Source of the DNA: Isurus oxyrinchus
Taxonomy: Eukaryota
Direction of reading: 5' to 3'
Assembly: GCA_026770705.1 (NCBI GenBank)
Contig: JANJGN010000016.1
Coordinates: 86,118,001-86,182,000, forward strand
Length of the DNA: 64,000 nucleotides
The notes under the pieces were generated by a model, which worked only from the letters and a program-made list of their open reading frames with translations, was not told where the DNA came from and searched no databases. Both the position numbers and the translations under genes were made by a program. Shown piece by piece: positions 54,171-64,000 of the stretch (the first letter of the stretch is position 1; the number at the start of each line of letters is the position of its first letter).

Positions 54171-54499
54171 ATTGTTTTTTTTATCTGCAGCCGCCATTTT
54201 GTTTCCAATCGGGTTCCTGTCGTGTCGAAATTCCCGGGGTTATGGAGGCAAAATTTGTGGTCATCGTATTCAATCAACTAATCTTATTTTACAGTTTTGA
54301 ATACATCACTTGATCGGGTTTAGCTGATAGGAGGATTCACTGAAATGTTTCTGGGTAAACTTACCCCTGCCACTTCTCCTTGTGCGGTGATCGTCTCTTT
54401 GTGATTTTTTTCTCCTGTTCCAGTCGCCTCTCTCAGCAGCTGCTCTGTCACATTCCAGTTTAAACCCTGAGTGTGTTTCCCATACTCTCCTCTCTCTCT

Positions 54500-55800
54500 C
54501 TCTCTCGAATATCTGAACCTGTTTATATCCCTTTGCAGTCTCTTTGTATCCTCCTCACAGCTTACTTTCCCAACTAACTATTTATTGTCAGTAGCCCTGA
54601 CTGTGTTACACTCAGACCCCTCCTCTAAATCATTGGTCTCGATTGTAAATAGCAGAGACCCAATGATCCTGTCCTGTTAGTTCCAGTTCTCCATCCTGAT
54701 AACAGGGACACAGGAACATCGGAACAGCAGTAGGCCATTCGGCCCTTCGAGCCTGCTCCATCATTCAATACGAGAATGGCTGATCCGGTTATAGTCTCAG
54801 CTCCACTTTCCTGCCCCCCTTAAGCCTTGACTTTGTTGCCTATAAAAATCTAACTCTGCCCTGAATCAATTCAAAAACCCTGGCTCCACTACTTTCTGGG
54901 GAAGAGAATTCCACACACCAACTACACTTTGGGATAAAGCTTTTCTTCACATCTCTGGCTGAAAAGGGAGATCCCTTATTTTTAAACTATGACCCCTAGT
55001 TCTAGTCTCCCCCAGATGAGGAAACATCCTCAGGGGATCCACTCTATCAAGTCCCCGCTGGATCTTATATGTTTCAATAAGATCCCCTCTCGCTCTTTGA
55101 AACTCCAGTGGATATAGGCCTGACATGTTGAAGCTTCCTTCATAAAACAACACCTTCATCCCAGGAATGAGTCCAGTGGACCTTCTCTGAACTGCTCCTA
55201 AAGCAATTCTATCTTTATTTCAAACCTATCTAATATGTTTGAATAGTGACTGGTTCATTCCCGCCGTGTTCTGTCCGTTAGCTTGTCCGGAATCCATGTT
55301 CATACATTCTCCCCAATCCCATGAACCCTAATCTTGTGTCACAACCTCCCGTGTGGAATCTTATCCAGTGTCTCCTGAAAATCCAAATATACCGAATCGA
55401 TGGCTCCTCCGTATCGACCCTGCCAGTTACACACTGAAAAATCTACAATCCTTCAGTCAGACATGATTCCCTTTCATAAATCCCTGTTGACCGAGTCTAA
55501 TCAAGGCCGGGATTTTCCAAGTGTCCTGTTACCACATCCCCCATAAAAGATTCCAGTATTTTCCCTATTCCTGATGTCAGACTAACTGGTCTATAATTCC
55601 CTGTTTTCTCTCTCCCTCCTTTCTGGAACACTGGGGTTACATTCACTACCTTCCAATCCATGGGGAATGGTCTAGAATCTGGGGAATTCAGGAAGATGAA
55701 ACCCATGCATCCACTCTCTCTGCAGCCACATCTATTAGACCCCGAGGATGTTGGGCACCAGGTCCAGGGGATTTATCACCTTTTACCACATTAATCTTTC
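54500..55800 (-). mobile_element. Degenerate CR1 fragments (RT N-terminal part and 3' end)
   Basis: Remnants DWKVVNVTPVFQKGGREKTGNYRPVSLTSGIGKILES and GLYPLEFQRARGDLIETYKI. Confidence 0.8.
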
Positions 55801-55834
55801 TAGAACTTATCATTACTAATGAAAAGTACTGGAG

Positions 55835-57050
55835 CGTGGGGAGGGAGGTGAGGTGGATCTTCCTATTCCTCTATGGGGGAGGGGGTGAGGTGGATCTTCC
55901 TATTCCACTATGGGGGAGGGAGGTGAGGTGGATCTTCCTATTCCTCTATGGGGGAGGGAGGTGAGGTCGATCTTCCTATTCCTCTATGGGGGAGGGGGGA
56001 GGTCGATCTTCCTATTCCTCTATGGGGGAGGGGGTGAGGTGGATCTTCCTATTCCTCTATGGGGGAGGGGGGAGGTGGATCTTCCTATTCCTCTATGGGG
56101 GAGGGGTGAGGTGGATCTTCCTATTCCTCTATGGGGTAGGGGTGAGGTGGATCTTCCTATTCCTCTATGGGGTAGGGGTGAGGTGGATCTTCCTATTCCT
56201 CTATGGGCGAGGGGGGTGAGGTGGATCTTCCTATTCCTCTATGGGGGAGGGGGTGAGGTGGATCTTCCTATTCCTCTATGGGGTAGGGGTGAGGTGGATC
56301 TTCCTATTCCTCTATGGGGAGGGAATGAAGTGGATCTTCCTATTCCTCTATGGGGGTGGAGGTGAGGTGGATCTTCCTATTCCTCTATGGGGGTGGAGGT
56401 GAGGTGGATCTTCCTATTCCTCTATGGGGAGGGAATGAGGTGGATCTTCCTATTCCTCTATGGGCGTGGGGGTGAGTTGGATCTTCCTATTCCTCTATGG
56501 GGGTGGAGGTGAGGTGGATCTTCCTATTCCTCTATGGGGGAGGGGGAATGAAGTGGATCTTCCTATTCCTCTATGGGCGTGGGGGTGAGGTAGATCTTCC
56601 TATTCCTCTATGGGGAGGGAATGAAGTGGATCTTCCTATTCCTCTATGGGCGTGGGGGTGAGTTGGATCTTCCTATTCCTCTATGGGCGTGGGGGTGAGT
56701 TGGATCTTCCTATTCCTCTATGGGGAGGGAATGAAGTGGATCTTCCTATTCCTCTATGGGCGTGGGGGTGAGTTGGATCTTCCTATTCCTCTATGGGGGA
56801 GGGGGTGAGGTGGATCTTCCTATTCCTCTATGGGGGAGGGGGTGAGATGGATCTTCCTATTCCTCTATGGGGGAGGGGGTGAGGTGGATCTTCCTATTCC
56901 TCTATGGGGGAGGGGGTGAGATGGATCTTCCTATTCCTCTATGGGGAGGGAATGAAGTGGATCTTCCTATTCCTCTATGGGGGAGGGGGTGAGATGGATC
57001 TTCCTATTCCTCTATGGGGAGGGAATGAAGTGGATCTTCCTATTCCTCTC
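55835..57050. repeat. ~33 x 36-38 bp minisatellite
   Basis: Unit GGTGAGGTGGATCTTCCTATTCCTCTATGGGGGAGGG. Confidence 0.95.
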
Positions 57051-57329
57051 TGGAACATCCTCTAGCCCCACAACTCTCTGGGATATCTATGTTGCTCTAA
57101 TGCTGCCTCTTGAACTTCCCCCAGTCTATTTTCTCCATTATTAGCAATTGTGACACTGACCCATGACCTCCCATTCTCTGCACCCCGGAGTTACCCCAGA
57201 TGATGCTCTGGGAGTTGTCAGGATAATAGTTGAGTGTGACAGTGGAATCTAGAATTAGATACTATACGGTGCTCTGTGCTAGATAGAGGGTCACTTAACC
57301 TGGGGGTTGAAGGCCAGAGAGCTTGTGTT

Positions 57330-60300
57330 GGATACTAAATACTATTCAGAGAACATGTATGGAAGAGATAATGTGTAAAGTAGCTGATGCTAAATACTAT
57401 TCAGAGATCACATGTAGAACAGATCACGTGTAAAGTAGCTGATGCTAAATACTATTCACAGATCACATGTAGAAGAGATCACGTGTAAAGTAGCTGATGC
57501 TAAATACTATTCAGAGATCACGTGTAGAAGAGTTAATGTGTAAAGTAGCTGATGCTAAATACTATTCAGAGATCATGTGTAGAAGAGATAATGTGTAAAG
57601 TAGCTGATGATAAATACTATTCAGAGATCACATGTTGAACAGATCATGTGTTAAGCAGATGATGCAAAATACTATTCAGAGATCATGTGTAGAAGAGATC
57701 ATGTGTAAGATGGCTGAAGCTAAATACTATTCAGAGATCTTGTGTGGAAGAGATCACAAGTAAATTGGCTGAAGCTAAATACTATTGAGAGATCACGTGT
57801 AGAAGTGATCACATGTAAACAAGCTGATGCTAAATACTATTCAGAGATCATTTGTAGAAGAGATCACGTGTAAACGAGCTGAGGCTAAATACTATTCAGA
57901 GATCATGTGTAGAAGAGATCATGTGTATAGTAGTTGTTGTTAAACACTATGCAGAGATCACATATAGCAGAGATCACGTGTAAAGAGGCTGATGCTTGAT
58001 AATATTCAGAGATGAAAAGTAGAAGAGATCACGTATAAATTAGATGATGCTAAATACTATTCAGAGATCACATGTAGAAGAGATCATGTGTAAAGTAACT
58101 GATGCTAAATTCTATTCAGTGATCATGTGTAGAAGAGATCACGTGTAAAGTAGCTGATGCTAAATACTATTCACAGATCACGTGTAGAAGAGATCACGTG
58201 TAAACTGGCTGATGATAAATAATATTCAGAGATCAGGAATAGAAGAGATCACATGTAATGTAGCTGATGCTAAATATTATTCAGAGATCACGTTTAGAAG
58301 AGATCACATGTAAAGTAGCTGATGCTAAATACTATTCAGAGAGCAGGTATAGAAGAGATCACATGTAAACAAGCTGATGCTAAATATTATTCGGAGATCA
58401 CGTGTAGAAGAGATCAGGTGTAAAGTAGCTGATGCTAAATACTATTCAGAGATCACATGTAGAAGAGATCATGTGTAAACAAGCTGATGCTAAATACTAT
58501 TCAGAGATCACGTGTAGAAGAGATCATGTGTTAAGCAGATGATGCAAAATACTATTCAGAGATCAGGTGCAGAAGAGATCATGTGTAGAAGAGATCACAT
58601 GTAAAGTAGCTGATGCTAAATACTATTCAGAGATCAGGTATCGAAGAGATCACATGTAAACAAGCTGATGCTAAATACTATTCAGAGATCATTTGTAGAA
58701 GAGATCACGTGTAAACGAGCTGAGGCAAAATACTATTCAGAGATCACGTGTAGAAGAGATCACGGGTAGAAGAGATCATGTGTACATTAGTTGTTGCTAA
58801 ACACTATGCAGAGATCACATATAGAAGAGATCACGTGTAAAGTAGCTGATGCTAGATAATATTCAGAGATGACATGTAGAAGAGATCACGTATAAATTAG
58901 ATGATGCTAAATACTATTCAGAGATCACGTGTAGAAGAGATCACGTATAAATTAGATGATGTTAAATACTATTCAGAGATCACGTGTAGAAGAGATCATG
59001 TGTAAAGTAGCTGATGCTAAATACTATTCAGAGATCACGTGTAGAAGAGATCATGTGTAAAGTAGCTGATGCTAAATACTATTCCGAGATCACATGTAGA
59101 AGAGATCATGTGTAAAGTAGCTGATGCTAAATACTATTCAGAGATCACGTGTAGAAGAGATCATGTATAAAGTAACTGATGCTAAATTCTAATCAGTAAT
59201 CACGTGTAGAAGGGATCACGTGTAAAGTAGCTGGTGTTAAATGCAATTCCGAGATCATATGTGGAAGAGATCACATGTAAACTAGCTGATGCTAAATACT
59301 ATTCACAGATCACATGTAGAAGAGATCACGAGTAATGTAGCTGATGCTAAATTCTATTCTGAGATCACGTTTAGAAGAGATCACGTGTAAAGTAGCTGAT
59401 GCTAAATACTATTCAGAGATCAGGTATAGAAGAGATCACATATAAACAAGCTGATGCTAAATACTATTCAGAGATCACATGTAGAAGAGATCAGGTGTAA
59501 ACAAGCTGATGCTAAATAATATTCAGAGATCACGTGTAGAAGAGATCACGTGCAAAGTAACTGAAGCTAATACTATTCATAGATCACGTGTAGAAGAGAT
59601 CACGTGTAAAGTAGCTGATGCTAAATACTATTCAGAGATCTCGTGTAGAAGAGATCAGGTGTAAAGTAGCTGATGCTAAATACTATTCAGAGATCACATG
59701 TAGAAGAGATCACGTGTAAAGTAGCTGATGCTAAATACTATTCAGAGATTACATGTCGAAGAGATCACATGTAAAGTAGCTGATGCTAAATACTGTTCAG
59801 AGATCACGTGTAGAAGAGATCATGTGTAAAGCAGCTGATGCTAAATACTATTGAGAGATCATGTGTAGATGAGATCACGTGTAAACAAGCTGATGCTAAA
59901 TACTATTCAGAGATCACATGTAGAAGAGATCACATGTAAATTAGCTGATGCTAAATACTATTCAGAGCACATGTGTAATAGAGATCACGTGTAAACTAGC
60001 TGATGCTAAATACTATTCAGAGATCACGTGTAGAAGAGATCACATGTAAATTAGCTGATGCTAAATACTATTCAGAGATCACGTGTACAAGAGATCATGT
60101 GTAAAGTAGCTGATGCTAAATACTATTCAGAGATCACGTGTAGAAGAGATCACGTGTAAAATAGCTGATGCTAAATAATACTCAGAGATCACATGTAGAA
60201 GAGATCACATGTAGAAGAGTTCACGTGTAAACAAGCTGATGCTAAATACTGTTCAGAGATCACGTGTAGAAGAGATCATGTGTAAAGTAGCTGATGCTAA

Positions 60301-63300
60301 ATACTGTTCAGAGATCACGTGTAGAAGAGATCACGTGTAAACAAGCTGATGCTAAATACTATTCCGAGATCATGTGTAGAAGAGATCACGTGTAAACAAG
60401 CTGAAGCTAAATACTATTTAGAGATCACGTGTAGAAGTGATCACGTGTAAAGTCGCTGATGCTAAATACTATTCAGAGATAACGTGTAGAAGAGATCACG
60501 TGTAAACAAGCTGAAGCTAAATACTATTCAGAGATCACTTGTAGAAGAGATCATGTGTAAACTAGTTGGTGCTAAATACTATTCAGAGATCACGTGTAAA
60601 GTAGCTGATGCTAAGTATTATTCAGAGATCACGTGTAGAAGAGATCACGTGTAAACTAGCTGATGCAAAATACTACTCAGAGATCACGTGTAGTACAGAT
60701 CACGTGTAAAATATCAGATGCAAAATATTGTTCAGAGAACATGTGTAGAAGAGATCACGTATAAACTATCTGATGCTAAATACTATTCAGAGATCACGTG
60801 TAGAAGACATCACGTGTAAACAAGCTGATGCTAAATTATATTCAGAGATCATGTGTAGAATAGATCACGTGTAAAGTAGCTGAAGCTAAATACTATTCTG
60901 AGATCACGTATCAGAGAGATCACGTGTAAACTAGCTGATGCTACATACTATTCAGAGATCAGGTATCGAAGAGATCACATGTAAACAAGCTGATGCTAAA
61001 TACTATTCAGAGATCATTTGTAGAAGAGATCACGTGTAAACGAGCTGAGGCAAAATACTATTCAGAGATCACGTGTAGAAGAGATCACGGGTAGAAGAGA
61101 TCATGTGTGCATTAGTTGTTGCTAAACACTATGCAGAGATCACATATAGAAGAGATCACGTGTAAAGTAGCTGATGCTAGATAATATTCAGAGATGACGT
61201 AGAAGAGATCACGTCTAAATTAGATGATGCTAAATACTATTCAGAGATCACGTGTAGAAGAGATCACGTATAAATTAGATGATGTTAAATACTATTCAGA
61301 GATCACGTGTAGAAGAGATCATGTGTAAAGTAGCTGATGCTAAATACTATTCCGAGATCACATGTAGAAGAGATCATGTGTAAAGTAGCTGATGCTAAAT
61401 ACTATTCCGAGATCACATGTAGAAGAGATCATGTGTAAAGTAGCTGATGCTAAATACTATTCAGAGATCACGTGTAGAAGAGATCATGTATAAAGTAACT
61501 GATGCTAAATTCTATTCAGTAATCACGTGTAGAAGGGATCACGTGTAAAGTAGCTGGTGTTAAATGCAATTCCGAGATCATATGTGGAAGAGATCATGTG
61601 TAAACTAGCTGATGCTAAATACTATTCACAGATCACATGTAGAAGAAATCACGAGTAATGTAGCTGATGCTAAATTCTATTCTGAGATCACGTTTAGAAG
61701 AGATCACGTGTAAAGTAGCTGATGCTAAATACTATTCAGAGATCAGGTATAGAAGAGATCACATATAAACAAGCTGATGCTAAATACTATTCAGAGATCA
61801 CATGTAGAAGAGATCAGGTGTAAACAAGCTGACGCTAAATAATATTCAGAGATCACGTGTAGAAGAGATCACGTGCAAAGTAACTGAAACTAATACTATT
61901 CATAGATCACGTGTAGAAGAGATCACGTGTAAACTAGCTGATGCTAAATACTATTCAGAGATCACGTGTAGAAGAGATCACATGTAAATTAGCTGATGCT
62001 AAATACTATTCAGAGCACATGTGTAATAGAGATCACGTGTAAACTAGCTGATGCTAAATGCTATTCAGAGATCACGTGTAGAAGAGATCACATGTAAATT
62101 AGCTGATGCTAAATACTATTCAGAGATCACGTGTACAAGAGATCATGTGTAAAGTAGCTGATGCTAAATACTATTCAGAGATCACGTGTAGAAGAGATCA
62201 CGTGTAAAATAGCTGATGCTAAATACTGTTCAGAGATCACGTGTAGAAGAGATCACGTGTAAAGTAGCTGATGCTAAATACTGTTCAGAGATCACGTGTA
62301 GAAGAGATCACGTGTAAACAAGCTGATGCTAAATACTATTCAGAGATCAAATGTAGAAGAGATCACGTGTAAACAAGCTGATGCTAAATACTATTCAGAG
62401 ATCACGTGTAGAAGAGTTCACGTGTAAACTAGCCTGTGCTAAATACTATTCAGAGATCACGTGTAGAAGAGATCACGTGTAAACTAGCCTGTGCTAAATA
62501 CTATTCAGAGATCACGTGTAGAAGAGATCATGTGTAAAGTAGCTGATGCTAAATACTATTCAGAGATCACTTGTAGAACAGATCATGTGTTAAGTAACTG
62601 ATGCAAAATACTATTCAGAGATCAGGTGTAGAAGTGATCACGTGTAGAAGAGATCATGTGTAAGATAGCTGAAGTTAAATACTAGTCAGAGATATTGTGT
62701 TGAAGAGATCACGAGTAATGTTGCTGAAGATAAATAGTATTCCGATATCACGTGTAGAAGAGTTCACGTGTAAACAAGCTGATACTAAATACTGTTCAGA
62801 GATCACGTGTAGAAGAGATCACGTGTAAACAAGCTGATGCTAAGTACTGTTCAGAGATCACGTGTAGAAGAGATCATGTATAAACTAGCTAATGCTAAAT
62901 ACTGTTCAGAGATCATGTGTGGAAGAGATCACGTCTAAACTAGCTGAAGTGAAATAGTATTCGGAGATGACGTGTTGAAGAGATCACGTGTAAACTAGCT
63001 GGTGCTAAATATTATTCAGTGATCACGTGTAGAAGAGATCACATATAAACAAGCTGATGCTAAATACTATTCAGAGATCAGGTATCGAAGAGATCACGTG
63101 TAAAGTAGCTGATGCTAAATACTATTCAGAGATCATGTGTAGAAGTGATCACGTGTAAAGTCGCTGATGCTAAATACTATTCAGAGATAACGTGTAGAAG
63201 AGATCACGTGTAAACAAGCTGAAGCTAAATACTATTCAGAGATCACTTGTAGAAGAGATCATGTATAAACTAGTTGGTGCTAAATACTATTCAGAGATCA

Positions 63301-64000
63301 CGTGTAAAGTAGCTGATGCTAAGTATTATTCAGAGATCACGTGTAGAAGTGATCACGTGTAAAGTCGCTGATGCTAAATACTATTCAGAGATAACGTGTA
63401 GAAGAGATCACGTGTAAACAAGCTGAAGCTAAATACTATTCAGAGATCACTTGTAGAAGAGATCATGTGTAAACTAGTTGGTGCTAAATACTATTCAGAG
63501 ATCACGTGTAAAGTAGCTGATGCTAAGTATTATTCAGAGATCACGTGTAGAAGAGATCACGTGTAAACTAGCTGATGCAAAATACTATTCAGAGATCACG
63601 TGTAGAACAGATCACGTGTAAAATATCAGATGCAAAATATTGTTCAGAGAACATGTGTAGAAGAGATCACGTATAAACTATCTGATGCTAAATACTATTC
63701 AGAGATCACGTGTAGAAGACATCACGTGTAAACAAGCTGATGCTAAATTATATTCAGAGATCATGTGTAGAATAGATCACGTGTAAAGTAGCTGAAGCTA
63801 AATACTATTCTGAGATCACGTATCAGAGAGATCACGTGTAAACTAGCTGATGCTACATACTATTCAGAGATCACCCGTAGAAGAGATCACATGTAAAGTA
63901 GCTGATGCTAAATACTATTCAGAGATCAGGTATTGAAGAGATCACATGTAAACAAGCTGATGCTAAATACTATTCAGAGATCATTTGTAGAAGAGATCAC
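57330..64000. repeat. 55-bp satellite (~120 copies, runs off the window) with an internal 17-bp duplication and kb-scale higher-order repeats
   Basis: Unit GATGCTAAATACTATTCAGAGATCACGTGTAGAAGAGATCACGTGTAAAGTAGCT. Confidence 0.97.

Noticed and set aside
46872-64000. 36-, 37- and 55-bp arrays as CRISPR arrays
   Set aside because: They are head-to-tail repeats with no unique spacers, no cas genes, and a vertebrate context.

Overview
Vertebrate, almost certainly cartilaginous-fish (shark-type), repeat-rich DNA. It holds one complete, unrearranged immunoglobulin light-chain cluster of the kappa/type III (NS4-like) class on the minus strand. In order: promoter (~38372-38470), leader exon (38263-38311), V exon (37782-38076) with a perfect 12-RSS, J (36858-36892) with a 23-RSS, C exon (33513-33841) and two AATAAA signals. 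Everything else is repeat. That includes a Penelope-like (GIY-YIG) retroelement remnant (75-966), a ~31 kb strand-asymmetric C/A-rich complex satellite (970-31793), many CR1/L2/SINE fragments, a near full-length degenerate CR1 LINE (48700-52900) and several tandem arrays (61, 45, 44, 55, ~23, 36, ~37 and 55 bp units). Three observations stand out. The V-J spacer is filled by an array whose unit resembles a decayed copy of the V 12-RSS. A giant G-rich, AID-hotspot-dense array lies co-oriented downstream of the C exon, like a switch region. The V promoter carries a perfect PU.1/IRF composite site next to a non-consensus octamer. All family assignments come from motif recognition only; no database search was run.
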